A stretch of DNA of 64,000 bases. It comes from Candidatus Woesearchaeota archaeon. GTDB taxonomy: Archaea > Nanobdellota > Nanobdellia > Woesearchaeales > JAZDKJ01. Both the position numbers and the translations under genes were made by a program. Positions 17,719 through 29,800 of this stretch are shown piece by piece (within the stretch, counting starts at the first letter, position 1; each line of letters begins with the position of its first letter). The notes under the pieces are model-generated. The model searched no databases. It was not told the DNA's origin and saw only the letters and a list, made by a program, of their open reading frames with translations. The stretch lies in NCBI GenBank assembly GCA_043803105.1, contig JAZDKJ010000013.1, positions 1 through 64,000 of the forward strand, given 5' to 3'.

Positions 17719-20700
17719 ATGAAAAAGAGGGCGTACGTTTGCTTAGTTGTTCTTGCCTTAAGCATTCTGGCCATTAACTTAACCTATGCAGCAAAGACCT
17801 GCGTCAGTTGTGATACAGCAAATAATAGGGTTCAGCAAGATTATTATGCTGATTGCGCTTCCGGGAAATCCTGTGATTGGTGCAGTAAAAACAAAGTAGC
17901 GACAACCACATACACCCAATGCAGTTCGGGAACACAAGTCTGTCGCAACGATGCTTGTTGCACCCTAAACTGCATAGATAGTCAAAATCAATATAAATGC
18001 GATAGTGCTAGCGACGGATGCGGAGGAACCAGATGCAGCTGTCCTTCTGGCTATGCATGCAAGAATTCTGAAAACAGATGTTATGCAATTACCTGCACTT
18101 ATGGTACTGACTGCAACGACAACAATGGCTGCACCACTGACACTTGCACAAATGGAGGGGCATGGAACTCCGCATGCAGTCACCCTAATGCTTGTACGGG
18201 TAGCCAAATCTGTTGCAGCAATACGTGCACAACCCCTGCGTGCAGCTCATCAACCAACTGCAATGATAATAACGGTTGCACAGATAATATATGCAATCTT
18301 GGAAGCAGCTGCAGTGCTTATTGCAGCAACCCCAATATATGCACTGCGAGCCAGATATGCTACAACAACGCATGCTGCACGCCAGATAGCAATTGCCCAA
18401 GCCAATACTGCACAACACAAACATGTGATGACAAATGTGGTCATACGCTACCAGGCGCAAAGGACTGCACCTGCACCGGGGATTGCACAAACAAGGCTTG
18501 CGGTGCTGATAATGGTTGTAACAGTCCTTGCCTGACTGGCAGCTGCTCTCAGACTGGTTATACTTGTGTTAGTGGGGTTTGCCAACCGCCTAGTTGCACT
18601 CCAAGCAACGCCTGTGCAGCAAATACTTGTCCAGATACCACTTGCCAAGATACTTGCGGGACCACCTATCAAGGAACAAAAAGCGCTTGCATAAGCGGTG
18701 ATGGCTGCTGCCCAACAGGGTGCACAAGTTCGGACACTGACTGCTCCCCATGTCAGCCTGCATGTGGAGCAAATTCGGTCTGCGTTGATGGTACATGCAA
18801 GAAAAAGAACACAAAAGGATGCAGCTCAAATTCTGATTGCTGCAGCGACAACTGCTGCGGATCAACATGCTTTGGCTCAACTGTATTTTGTGGAGGCAAC
18901 AACCTCAAGGCAGATACAGTATCCTGCGACACAAGTTATGCTTGCAGGTGCGCAAGCGGAAACTGCTGCTATAACCCAGACAGCGGAAGCGCGTACTGCG
19001 TTGGACCAGCAAACTGCATTCACGCTGGACAGGCGGCATCATCAGACTGCCTTTGCTGCTCAGGAGTGACAGACTACTCAGGGAAATGCCTATTATGCGC
19101 GACCTACAAAAGCTGTGCAGACAAAGGTTTCAATTGCGGAACAACAGATGATGGTTGCGGAGGCACTTTGGACTGCGGTCCTGTGCCACTGCCGACAGAT
19201 ACTGAGAAACAATGCACGAGCAATGTTCTACATGAGAAGGCTTGTCATGACTACAAAGACAATGACGATGACGGCCTAACAGACTGCCAGGATTCAGACT
19301 GCGCAGGCGTGTGCCAATGCTCTGACACAGATGCTGATTTTACAAACAATGGAAGGAACTATGCGGTAGGGGGCACAGTGAAAGCCAACCTTGGTTCAGG
19401 CACTGACTCTTGTAAAGAAAAAACCCTAACAGAATACTATTGCGGTACTGGAACTTCCACAGGCATGGGAGTACATGAAGAAGTTACCTGCGACCAGGCC
19501 TGCTACACTAAAGACAGGAAAGGGGAGTGCTGCGCATTCAAATTCAACTGCAACAAGCAAAACTACCAATGCGGATGCTTACACGATGACGGCTGCGGAG
19601 GAACATATTGCTGCGGAAAGAGCGACAACTCAGGGAATTGTACAACAAGCGGGCAGAGATGCACAGGCGCACCATTCTACCAATGCACATCAGGCAATAT
19701 AGCAGACGGACAGCCATGCACGGCAGACAAGGATTGCTTAAGCGGATTTTGCAGGGGCACGCCAAAGGTATGTGTACCATGCATAGACGATGACGGATGC
19801 ACATATGTCGATAAAATAAGGTGTTCTGGAAAAACAGGAGAAAGAACAAACGAATACTACACATGCAAAATATCTGGGCCAGGAAACTGCATGCACTGGA
19901 CCAACACCACAACAACGTGCGGAGGCCAAAGCTGCTTTTGTGACATAACCACAAACCAATGCCAGACCTGCTCTGGAGACAAGATTTGCCTTAATTACAA
20001 ATGCGGAATTTATGAGAAAAGGTATTTTGCCTGGTATTCTCCTCCTACTGACACATTCCATCTACAGACAGCGTGCAGCAAAGACTTTTTCATAGTGAGC
20101 AATGAAAACACTTATTACACGAGCAGTGTGCCATTAGAGTGCTGCAAAGGCAGACTAGGCCCATTACAAGTAAAGTTCTGCAGTTATGGGGAGACTTGCA
20201 GCGGAGCAATTGATGCTTTCCCATGCGGAATAGATTGCGGTACAGATGGAGTATGCGGACTAGATGAGAACTGCGAGAACTGTCCACAAGATTGTCCCTG
20301 TCTTTGTCCGATCGACCAGTGCAAGAACGCAGCAGGAGCTTGTGTGGCCGGAACTGATAACAGCGCCTGCGGAAGTGGAGGAGGGCAATGCACAGATTGT
20401 GCTACCGGAGAATTCTGTAATGCAGGCACTCATCGCTGTGAAGGTTGCACTCAGCAATGTACAGGGAAATGCGGGGGTGCTGATAGTTTATGTCCTACTA
20501 ATCCCTACTGCGGTACTCCAGGAGCTACAGGGCAGGATATATGCTTGGATGGGCAGGTTTGCAGTGGGCAAACTTGCGTGCCTGCTCAGTGCTCAACGTT
20601 TCAGGACTCTGGAACGTGCAATGCTCAAGCTGCAAGATGTGACTGGTGCCCGACATGCTATGGTGGGAAAAGCAATGGACAATCTGCAGACCAATGCGTT

Positions 20701-22755
20701 AGCGAGGGAGCATGCCTTGCATCCAACTACAATATTTGCTCAAGAAGCTGCGGGGCAACGTGCGACTCAACAGGAGGATGCACTCTTCCGAATGTCTGCG
20801 ACCCGAACACGTGCACATGCAGATTACCGCCTGCGGATTGCAATAACGGATGGGTTGAACCACCTGATGAGAACTGCGAGTACCCAGACACCATAAACAA
20901 CAACAACTGCTATCAATCAATATCACAATGCGTGAACACAAAGATCCAATACAGGCCTGACAACTATGGAGACTGCGGAGCAACATGCCAATGCGTGCTT
21001 GATGCGTTTGTTGGCAGTGCACAATGCCTAAGGGGGAGCGGCTGCGGTGCAGTATGTGACGCAACAGGAGGGTGTGTTGCACCGAATGTATGCAACATAG
21101 ACACCTGCGACTGCTACAACCCGATAAGCTGCAGCGATACTGACCCAAGCAATGATATTTACACGCCGGGAAGCTGCAGTGACGGTGTAGGGGCTCATCC
21201 TGATTCTTGCTCAAGCAACACTCTTACACAATACTCTTGCTCTGGAGGCAGCTGCATCGCAAGCACGCAGGACTGCCCTGCAGGAACAAACTGCGTTGTG
21301 GACAAATGCGTCCTGATCGTCAGCTGTGACACTGATGGAACATGCGACCCTGGAGAAACATGCAGCTGCACAGACTGCAACGGAAGGCAGGACGGCTGCC
21401 CAAGCGGACAGGTATGCGCAAATGGAGTATGCACAAGCACCGCAACATGCTTATCATACCAAAACCTGGGGCAGTGCGCAGCAGACCTGAACTGCGAGTG
21501 GTGCCTGATGTGCAAGGACACAAAATACAATGGGCTAACAGCAGACCAATGCGTACCAAAAAACGCATGCCCAGCACACAACACGTGCATGAGGATGTGC
21601 GGATCAAGCTGCGATGCAACAGGCGCTTGCTCTGGAGGGAGCGTATGCGATCCAGCAAGCTGCACTTGCATGGCGCCAGATGACAGAGCAACATTTGTTT
21701 CACAAAGCGTGCAAAACTCGATGCCAAAGAACTCACAGCAGGCGGTTACTGTCACAATGCAGAACTCAGGCACAACAACATGGAATTATAATTACAGGCT
21801 TGGATCGCAAAACCCGCAAGACAACCTAATGTGGGGGATAGGCAGAATCTTTTTAGGAACAACTGAAACTATCGCGCCAGGCCAAAGCAAAACATTCAGC
21901 TTCAGCATAACCTCACCCGGGGCAGCAACAGTACAAAACTTCCAATGGAAAATGGTCAATGAAATGGTAAGATGGTTTGGGGATTACTCAACAAACGTAC
22001 CAATAACCATAACTGATTGTGACTGCAACATAGGGCAGTGCTGCGATGGATGCCATTACAGGACAACAAGCTATGTGTGCGACAATGCCTATGCAACAGA
22101 ATATGGCTGCCCGTTTGGAACAACTTGCGGGACAAACGTGGCAACAAGATACAAAAACAGAAGCTGCAGCGGAACAAGCGCACAATGCTCAGGGGCAATA
22201 TCAAACTGGGGCAATTGGCAAGTGGTACAAACATGCAGCTCAAACCAAAGATGCGTTGCAGGCAATCCTAATTGTGTCACTGACTCAGTATGCGCAGACC
22301 AATGCGCAAGCGGCATCTGCTGCAACATGACAAAGCACCCATACAAATTTATGCCAACAGACTTTGTATGCCAGACAACTGACTCGTGCAATCCAGCAAA
22401 AACCTCAGTCTGCGACTACAAAACGTGCGACAGTCTCGGAAGCTGCAGCACATACAAAGGCTGCAGTTCATGCAGCTTAAAGCCAATAATTGCAGACTGT
22501 GGAGTGCCAACAGGACAATGCATAAGCCAGGCAGGCGGAGATGTTTGCGGCTATACAAATGACAACAGCAAGTGCGCAACCTGCTCAGAGGAATGCGACC
22601 AAAGCACATTCATGTGCATAGGCCAAGAGCAAAAAGGACAGTGCGAATATACTTATGAGCAGTGCATCGCTTTAGCAAACAACCCACAGCCAGGAAAAGA
22701 GCCGAGCGACCCTGCACAATGCATATGCCACCAGTACTGGACAGCATGCACATGA
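17719..22755 (+). CDS. Giant secreted Cys-rich protein A1 (1678 aa) with an NBR1-like Ig domain
   Basis: Signal peptide, many Cys modules (CNDNNGCT.D.C, DGCGG, C.DTD...TEYYC, PSI-like C.WC) and ATFVSQSV...FQWKMV...WFG. Confidence 0.85.
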   Translation: MKKRAYVCLVVLALSILAINLTYAAKTCVSCDTANNRVQQDYYADCASGKSCDWCSKNKVATTTYTQCSSGTQVCRNDACCTLNCIDSQNQYKCDSASDGCGGTRCSCPSGYACKNSENRCYAITCTYGTDCNDNNGCTTDTCTNGGAWNSACSHPNACTGSQICCSNTCTTPACSSSTNCNDNNGCTDNICNLGSSCSAYCSNPNICTASQICYNNACCTPDSNCPSQYCTTQTCDDKCGHTLPGAKDCTCTGDCTNKACGADNGCNSPCLTGSCSQTGYTCVSGVCQPPSCTPSNACAANTCPDTTCQDTCGTTYQGTKSACISGDGCCPTGCTSSDTDCSPCQPACGANSVCVDGTCKKKNTKGCSSNSDCCSDNCCGSTCFGSTVFCGGNNLKADTVSCDTSYACRCASGNCCYNPDSGSAYCVGPANCIHAGQAASSDCLCCSGVTDYSGKCLLCATYKSCADKGFNCGTTDDGCGGTLDCGPVPLPTDTEKQCTSNVLHEKACHDYKDNDDDGLTDCQDSDCAGVCQCSDTDADFTNNGRNYAVGGTVKANLGSGTDSCKEKTLTEYYCGTGTSTGMGVHEEVTCDQACYTKDRKGECCAFKFNCNKQNYQCGCLHDDGCGGTYCCGKSDNSGNCTTSGQRCTGAPFYQCTSGNIADGQPCTADKDCLSGFCRGTPKVCVPCIDDDGCTYVDKIRCSGKTGERTNEYYTCKISGPGNCMHWTNTTTTCGGQSCFCDITTNQCQTCSGDKICLNYKCGIYEKRYFAWYSPPTDTFHLQTACSKDFFIVSNENTYYTSSVPLECCKGRLGPLQVKFCSYGETCSGAIDAFPCGIDCGTDGVCGLDENCENCPQDCPCLCPIDQCKNAAGACVAGTDNSACGSGGGQCTDCATGEFCNAGTHRCEGCTQQCTGKCGGADSLCPTNPYCGTPGATGQDICLDGQVCSGQTCVPAQCSTFQDSGTCNAQAARCDWCPTCYGGKSNGQSADQCVSEGACLASNYNICSRSCGATCDSTGGCTLPNVCDPNTCTCRLPPADCNNGWVEPPDENCEYPDTINNNNCYQSISQCVNTKIQYRPDNYGDCGATCQCVLDAFVGSAQCLRGSGCGAVCDATGGCVAPNVCNIDTCDCYNPISCSDTDPSNDIYTPGSCSDGVGAHPDSCSSNTLTQYSCSGGSCIASTQDCPAGTNCVVDKCVLIVSCDTDGTCDPGETCSCTDCNGRQDGCPSGQVCANGVCTSTATCLSYQNLGQCAADLNCEWCLMCKDTKYNGLTADQCVPKNACPAHNTCMRMCGSSCDATGACSGGSVCDPASCTCMAPDDRATFVSQSVQNSMPKNSQQAVTVTMQNSGTTTWNYNYRLGSQNPQDNLMWGIGRIFLGTTETIAPGQSKTFSFSITSPGAATVQNFQWKMVNEMVRWFGDYSTNVPITITDCDCNIGQCCDGCHYRTTSYVCDNAYATEYGCPFGTTCGTNVATRYKNRSCSGTSAQCSGAISNWGNWQVVQTCSSNQRCVAGNPNCVTDSVCADQCASGICCNMTKHPYKFMPTDFVCQTTDSCNPAKTSVCDYKTCDSLGSCSTYKGCSSCSLKPIIADCGVPTGQCISQAGGDVCGYTNDNSKCATCSEECDQSTFMCIGQEQKGQCEYTYEQCIALANNPQPGKEPSDPAQCICHQYWTACT

Positions 22756-23372
22756 AATATAGACTAATATCAGTTCTGGCAATCATTTTCTTTGCACAGA
22801 CAGCCATGGCAGAGATTAACATCAACCTCATATCTTACAATGCAGAAACCCAGGAAGCGAGAATACTCATAGCAAACACAGGACCTCAAGAGTACAGTGA
22901 CATAGTCTTTTCTATAGACAACAGCGTGACAGAATTCAAGGGAAGCCTGCTCAAGCCAGGCACAGGATTCACTATACCAAAAAAGGTCCAGGCAGGAGTT
23001 CACCAACTGAAGGTCATAACAAAAGAAGGCGCAGTATTCGAGCAGCCAACGCTATTCGCAAAATCGACAGTACCTGATAACTTCATAGTCAAGGGAAAGC
23101 AAATACAAACACAACAGGCAGAAGAAGAGGCAAAGACCCATTGGGTACTGCCTACAATAATCATAACAATAATAGTGGGAATCCTGACCTTTATCATTAT
23201 AAAATATCATGACAGACTGCTGATGATGCTCAAGAAACCGAGGCAGCAGGAAAGAACATCCCGCCAACCGGTAATGCAGCCGGCAGCAAGGTTATCTGGC
23301 TCAAGAGTGGAACTGGTACGCCAGCAAAAGAAGGCAGACAGGGAAAAATTTTTTGAAAGCTTCAAGAGGTAG
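22752..23372 (+). CDS. Membrane-anchored small Ig-like protein B1
   Basis: Start MKYRLIS in ATGA overlap with the A1 stop; signal peptide, beta domain, TM helix and basic tail. Confidence 0.8.
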   Translation: MKYRLISVLAIIFFAQTAMAEININLISYNAETQEARILIANTGPQEYSDIVFSIDNSVTEFKGSLLKPGTGFTIPKKVQAGVHQLKVITKEGAVFEQPTLFAKSTVPDNFIVKGKQIQTQQAEEEAKTHWVLPTIIITIIVGILTFIIIKYHDRLLMMLKKPRQQERTSRQPVMQPAARLSGSRVELVRQQKKADREKFFESFKR

Positions 23373-23377
23373 GAATC

Positions 23378-25747
23378 ATGAAAAAAACAATCTATCTATC
23401 AATCCTCATACTTCTACTTCCTTATGCTGTACAAGCACTATGCTGCGGGGATAAGTGCTACCAAAATGCAAACTGCTGCGGGCAATATGCTCCCTGGGTA
23501 GAGGTAGGACTTGTCGGATGCCAAAGCGCAAGCGGATACTTCTGCCACAACGACATGCTAGGCGGCTGCCTGGCGTGCATATGCTCAAGTCCAACAAACT
23601 GCCAATGGACAACCAGCACGTGCACGTGCGGAACCTGCAATTATGACAGCATAACCAATCCCAGCTACAGCAGCTGCCAACAAACCTCAGCGTGCATAAG
23701 CAGCACAGCAAAGTGCCTTGCCGTCGGCCAAACTGACAACAACGAATGCTGCTTCGGCACAAACCAGATAAGCACCACAAAACCGACCAATTGCATTCAT
23801 CACGAGGGAACATTCCCATTTATTTACATGAACTACAACTGCGTTGGCCAGAAATGCGGCAGCACAGGCTGGGAATGCTACAACGATGCCAGGGACACTG
23901 GCTGCAGCCAATGCATTGATGCAGACAACAACAATGTCTGCGACCCATCAACAGACACGGACAATGACGGATTCCTAGACACTCAGGACAACTTCAAGAA
24001 TGACCCATGCTCCATAATAATACAGTATGACAACTGCGGAAACGTTTTCAATATGGCAGGAAGAACCGGGGCAGGCTGTGATGTGAGCACAGACCTAGGC
24101 GCAAATTATTGCACGAACTGCGACACTGACAATGATGGAGTAAAGGAATGCGACGACAAATGCCCTGCAACAACCTTACCAACGTGCAGCGGAAGCGTGC
24201 TTACAAACGGATGCCCGGACTGCAGCATCTCAAGCTGCTCAACGAACCAGTACTGCCAGTGCACAAAATGCACTGATTGCAGAAACGGGTTTCTTGGATT
24301 CCTTACCTGCCAGGCAAGCAAGTGCGCAAGCTGTGCAGGGCAGCCATGCTATTACAATAAAGAAATAATCGGGGGAAGCTGCTACTCATGCAGTACAGAC
24401 CCTCTGGCTAGCTGTACAGGATACAACAACCAGCAGACATGCGAGCAGGATCCCTGCGGATTAAAATGCGCCTGGGATGGTGAAAATTGTCAGGATGACC
24501 AGGATATGGACGGAATCCCAGCAACGACAGACAACTGCCCAAACGTAGCAAACCCGGACCAAAGAGACAGCGATGCTGACGGGGCAGGAGATGCATGCGA
24601 TCCATGCGAGTATGAAAAGAATCTGATCAACCCGACGCAAAACTATGAAACCAACTGCAATGATGGAATCGATAACGACTGCGACAGCACAGGCTGGCAG
24701 ACACAAAACACAGGAAACAGAGAGGACTGCAGTGACTCAGACTGCCTAATGAGCGCAAGCTGCAACACAGCATGCATAAGCGGCCAAGACTGGAGTGAGG
24801 GAAGGCTTGCGTGCGTTGCAGGCAAACTGGTAGAATGTAATGAAGAGAACTCATGCGACATCAGAAGAATACAGAATCATGACTATGTCTGCAATGGAAG
24901 CGATTGGGTAAACATCATAGAATGCCAGAACAGCGGAAGGTGTGCAAACGGCTACTATTTAATCAATGGCAAGGGAGCTTGCGACTTAAGCAGGCCTGCA
25001 ACAAGCAACACATGCGGCAACGGAGTAATCGAGCCAGTGGAGCAATGCGAAGGAACCATGATGCCTCAGGGAATAAATTGCCAATCGTTCGGATACAGCT
25101 CGGGAACACTAAAGTGCAGCAACTGCCTTCTGCAAGAGACAGATTGCATAGGTGGCGCTGCGGGCAGCTGCGGAGACAACAGTATCCAAATGGGAGAACA
25201 GTGTGACGGGACAGCAAACAGTTTCACATGCCAGAACTTTAACCAGGAATTAACGAGCGGACAACTAAGATGCACGAACTGCAAGCTTGACACAACAGAA
25301 TGCAGCAAGTCAGGACTGCTTGAACCGGATGAAAGCCAAACACTCTGCGAGGCAATCGGAGAAGGAAACCAGGGACTATGCGATGCCAACGGGAAGAGCG
25401 GGTGTTGGAACCCAAGCGCATCAGCAGAAAACCAGTACTGCTGCGGGGATGATGGGGTGCTTGACACGTGGCTAACGAGCAACGGTGCGTGCGAGGAAGG
25501 CACATTCTGTAAAGACAAACTTTGCTCATCATTAATGTGCAGCGCAGGAATGCAATGCAGTTGGAGTACACTCACAAATTGCTGGAGCAACATGCACCAC
25601 ATGTGCTGCTATGGACAGCAAAGCTGGCTAACATATGCAACCAACAAAACACTGGACAAGGTGCTTATAGAAGCAACCTGCATAAACGGCTTTTGGTACA
25701 ACAGAGCCCAAGGCAAAGTAACTTACTATAGTTTATTTACTCAATGA
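23378..25747 (+). CDS. Secreted Cys-rich protein C1 with TSP type-3 and CGNG..E..EQCD repeats
   Basis: DMDGIPATTDNCPNVANPDQRDSDADGAGDACD, CGNGVIEPVEQCE and CCGDD. Confidence 0.85.
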   Translation: MKKTIYLSILILLLPYAVQALCCGDKCYQNANCCGQYAPWVEVGLVGCQSASGYFCHNDMLGGCLACICSSPTNCQWTTSTCTCGTCNYDSITNPSYSSCQQTSACISSTAKCLAVGQTDNNECCFGTNQISTTKPTNCIHHEGTFPFIYMNYNCVGQKCGSTGWECYNDARDTGCSQCIDADNNNVCDPSTDTDNDGFLDTQDNFKNDPCSIIIQYDNCGNVFNMAGRTGAGCDVSTDLGANYCTNCDTDNDGVKECDDKCPATTLPTCSGSVLTNGCPDCSISSCSTNQYCQCTKCTDCRNGFLGFLTCQASKCASCAGQPCYYNKEIIGGSCYSCSTDPLASCTGYNNQQTCEQDPCGLKCAWDGENCQDDQDMDGIPATTDNCPNVANPDQRDSDADGAGDACDPCEYEKNLINPTQNYETNCNDGIDNDCDSTGWQTQNTGNREDCSDSDCLMSASCNTACISGQDWSEGRLACVAGKLVECNEENSCDIRRIQNHDYVCNGSDWVNIIECQNSGRCANGYYLINGKGACDLSRPATSNTCGNGVIEPVEQCEGTMMPQGINCQSFGYSSGTLKCSNCLLQETDCIGGAAGSCGDNSIQMGEQCDGTANSFTCQNFNQELTSGQLRCTNCKLDTTECSKSGLLEPDESQTLCEAIGEGNQGLCDANGKSGCWNPSASAENQYCCGDDGVLDTWLTSNGACEEGTFCKDKLCSSLMCSAGMQCSWSTLTNCWSNMHHMCCYGQQSWLTYATNKTLDKVLIEATCINGFWYNRAQGKVTYYSLFTQ

Positions 25748-26883
25748 GAAAAGCGCAGATACAGTCACAGCTATTTGTGTACATCATAGGAGCCATACTC
25801 GTCATATTGTTAGTCATCTTCTCATTCAAAGTGCTAGGCTCCCTACAAAAGAAGCAGGGCGAAGCGCTACTGATTGGACTTGACGAAAAGCTCAAGTCTG
25901 CAGTAGACCTTGGCACGGGAGACTTTGGCGCAGTGAGCAAACTCGACTTGAAGCTTCCGGATGACATCAATAAAGTCTGTTTTGTTGACATAAACAAGTC
26001 AGAAGAGCTAATGCAAGGAGTGCTCACCAGCACATACCCAGAGATAAAACACAGCATAAGCTCTGGAGAAAGAAAGAACGTGTTCCTGATAACACAAAAC
26101 AAGGTCAGCCACAGCCTCTACTCAGGAAACATATGCCTTTCAATACCTTACTACAAATGTGTCAACCCAAATGAGCATTACCTGAGAATATTGATCCAAG
26201 GCAGGAATAAGTGCATAGATATTATAAAACCCATAAGGGACATCATGATATATAACTCGTTGCAAGAGTCAAAATATTCAACTAATCCAATCTTGTTCAT
26301 CAAAGACTCTTCAAGCTGGAGTGAAAGACAGAAAATACTGGAATACCTACCCATCTCGATGTCAAACGATAAGAAAGGCGGCATAGACACTCATCCATAT
26401 TATGTGTATTACACAGATGCACTAGGCAGTTTTGATGACACAGCCTTATCACTCATAGCGGCAAAGCATCCTGGCTCACAAGAATACAGGTTCTTTGGGG
26501 GAATACCAATCAGCATAAACAACCCAATGGCAAAATCAGAAGAGATAACTCTCAACAACTACTTTAGTTATTGGAGCAAACTGGTGGATGTGGTAGTGAT
26601 TGATTACAACAACCAGGACGCAGCATTGATCAGCTCACTTTTCGCGTCATACCTGATTGCCCCGGTCATTTTCATAGGAGAGAGCAACTATGCCCAATAC
26701 GCAAACTACATTGACGGAAAAAGAGTATACCTTGTAGACGAGATAGACAGCAATGCAGCAATGGAATCAATCAGAACAAATGCAATCGAGATAGAGGCAT
26801 ACGACAGCAATTATCTTAGGATAGACGAGAAAATCAACCCATATAAACAGTTGGTATCAAACATTATAACATACAATCCATAA
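25744..26883 (+). CDS. Class III signal peptide (pilin-like) protein D1
   Basis: MRKA|QIQSQLFVYIIGAILV. The C-terminal DAALISSLFASYLIAPVIF resembles cell-wall-binding repeat 2. Confidence 0.8.
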   Translation: MRKAQIQSQLFVYIIGAILVILLVIFSFKVLGSLQKKQGEALLIGLDEKLKSAVDLGTGDFGAVSKLDLKLPDDINKVCFVDINKSEELMQGVLTSTYPEIKHSISSGERKNVFLITQNKVSHSLYSGNICLSIPYYKCVNPNEHYLRILIQGRNKCIDIIKPIRDIMIYNSLQESKYSTNPILFIKDSSSWSERQKILEYLPISMSNDKKGGIDTHPYYVYYTDALGSFDDTALSLIAAKHPGSQEYRFFGGIPISINNPMAKSEEITLNNYFSYWSKLVDVVVIDYNNQDAALISSLFASYLIAPVIFIGESNYAQYANYIDGKRVYLVDEIDSNAAMESIRTNAIEIEAYDSNYLRIDEKINPYKQLVSNIITYNP

Positions 26884-26898
26884 ACCAGAGGGATAAAA

Positions 26899-29800
26899 AT
26901 GCAACGGAACGATTATGGCAAGGTGGCGCTGTTCGTGCTGCTCTTTTTTGCCTCACTAAGCACAGCCAAGGCAACGTACTGCGTGTCTGGCACATCTTGT
27001 GCTGCGCACCCGATAGGTTATGTATGCTGCAACAGCCCGACCGCTACGCTGACGTGCGGCAGCAGTCCAAGGAATTGGGGGTCTCCGGGCGTGTGCCCAA
27101 AATCAATTTGCATTGCCGCAACCTGCTCAGGAGGCAGCCCGGTATGCGGTACAGCATATATAGCTCATGGGACGACAGATACTGGCTGCTCTGGGAATTA
27201 CAATGGATGTAATGGCTATGCATGCCATTGTAGCGGTACTGGTGCGTGTGAGGCGGCCTGCACAGATAATGATGGCAACATGAACCCTTATACGCGAGGG
27301 ACAATGGACGCTGCCCCCTCAGGCCCTGGAGGCGAAGCCACAGACTACTGCCAGACCACCCAGCAAGTGGTCGAGTATTACTGCCTTGACAGCGGAGCTG
27401 GCACAAGCACATTCGCCAGCTGCCCTACCAACTATTTTTGCACTACGGGTGCATGTACTTACTGTGCTGGATGCAATTACGGAGGAGCCTGTTATCCAGG
27501 CAACACAAATTCCTACTGCGGTTCAGGAGGGGCTCCTTGTTCAACTTGCGGTCAAGTGTGTTATCTTCAGGCGTGTTGTACTCCTAATTGTGTTGGCAAG
27601 TGCGGCGGGGCTAGTAATGGTTGTGGCGGGACCTGTACTGCTGCTTGTCCTTCCCCTCAGGTTTGTAATGTCCAGACTTGCTGCACTCCTACCACTTGCG
27701 CTTCTTTGGGGAAGAGCTGTGGTTCATGGCCTAACGGTTGCGGTACCAACTTGAATTGCGGTACTTGTAATGACTATAATTTTTGTACAAGTGATGTCTG
27801 CTCTGCTGCCGGTGCTTGCATTTATACTGCCTATTGTACTGGTTCTGATACAAGCTGTGGCTGCTCTTCGTGTACGAACTGTAATCTTAATGATGCGTAT
27901 GTTGGCGGCTATTTTTGCTCTTCAGGTGATGTTTATCAAGTTTATAGGAATTATTATTGCTCTGGGACTTCGTGTACTTACTCAGATTCGTCTTTGTTGA
28001 TTCAGGATTGCGGTGCAAATGTTTGTTGCAATGGTGGTTGTTGTGCTGCTGGCCAGATTTGTCAGGCAGCAGGCTGTATTGCAGCTTACAATGCTCAGTT
28101 TGTTTCACAAAGTGTTTCTCCGGTTATGACTATTGGCCAACAATATTCTGTTTCTGTAACAATGAAGAATACTGGAGGGAATACATGGACTCAAAGCAAC
28201 AATTATAAGCTTGGATCACAGAATCCTCAAGATAACAGTAGGTGGAGTGTAGCCCGTGCTTTACTGGGTGCAAGTGATGCAATCGCCACAGGCCAATCCA
28301 AGGCTTTTAGTTTTACTGTCACCGCTCCTGCAACTGCAGGAACATATAATTTCCAGTGGCGAATGCTTCAGGAAGCAGTTACCTGGTTTGGGGACTTTTC
28401 GACGAATTTAGCAGTTTGCGTAGCTTCTACTTGCGCTTCTCTTGGAAAGCAATGCAGTTCATGGCCTGACGGTTGCAGCGGAACATTGAATTGTGGAGCC
28501 TGCATTAATGGTTATAGCTGCTCTTCCGGAAGCTGTGTATGCCCTGGTTGCCTTTCTGGCGGATATTGTTATGCCGGTAACACAAGTACCCTGTGCGGCG
28601 CTGGCGGCATAGCCTGCCAGGCCTGCAGCTCTGGCCAAGTTTGTTCTGGCGGCACTTGTGTTGTAGGCACTGAGGTCTGTTCAACTGCTGGCGACGAGAA
28701 CAACAATGGCGAGTGCGATTATGACAGCTCAACATGTTCTCATGGTGATATTGCCTGCCCAGTTGGGATAACAGCAATAAGTGTCACCAATGCAAACCCA
28801 ATTGCCGGCTCAAGCATAAATGTTTCCTGTACTTCAACCAGAACTGGTGTTAACAGCATAATTGCCAGCATCGATGGTGTTGGAACATGCAGCTGGGGAA
28901 AATGGAACGGCAATGTTGCCATTTTCAGCTGTCCTGTAGGTGCTGCTTATGGGACCAGGACTGCGAGATGCTGGGTGAACACAGCAAAGTCCTACCAAAC
29001 TGGCACTAATATGACCTACTCAATTAATGTATTAGCATCAACCTGTTCTGTTTACGCTTCTTCATCTAGCTGTATTGATGATACAAGATGCAACTGGTGT
29101 TCTAGCTGTTCTGGCACCAAGTACACTGGCGGTTCTGACAGGTGCGTTGAAGCCGGAAGTTGCCCTGCTCCATATTGTTGGACCGGCCAGTGCGGCGCAG
29201 AGTGTGACCCAACCAATTATGTGTGCAATGACAAGGATAGCTGTTCAAGCTGCCCGGGATGCAGTTATAGTGATTATTATTGTACTGCCAATTGTGGTTG
29301 TGATTTCACGTCGAATAATCCTGACAGCTTACAGGCATATTGCGCAGGCTGCTCGAGGAATTGGGTGGCAGGCGGAGAGGGTACTGTGTTTGGTGAATAT
29401 AATCCGGGCACAATAACAGCTTGCTGCGGAGATGACTCGGGCGAGTACTATCAGCCCACTGATGCGGGAACACAGAATATTTGCTGTAATGCTGCAAGCG
29501 ATTGTGCAATAAACAGTCTCTGTGTTGCGAGCGGGTCTGCTGATACAACAAACAATTACTGCTGCTACTCAAACTCTAATGCAGACGGCACAAAAGAAAC
29601 ATGCGCCACTTATAGCAACGGAGCAACGTGCTTTTCCAATGGTGTCAATACCTGCAACGCACTATCAGGATGGGCATGCAGCTACACCACAACAACCTGC
29701 ACAAGCAGTGCAGAATGCACCGGGCTATGCGGAAGCAAGAAGTGCGTTTTCACGGACAGCGGCATATACAATTATACAGAACCCACTACAGAAACAAACT

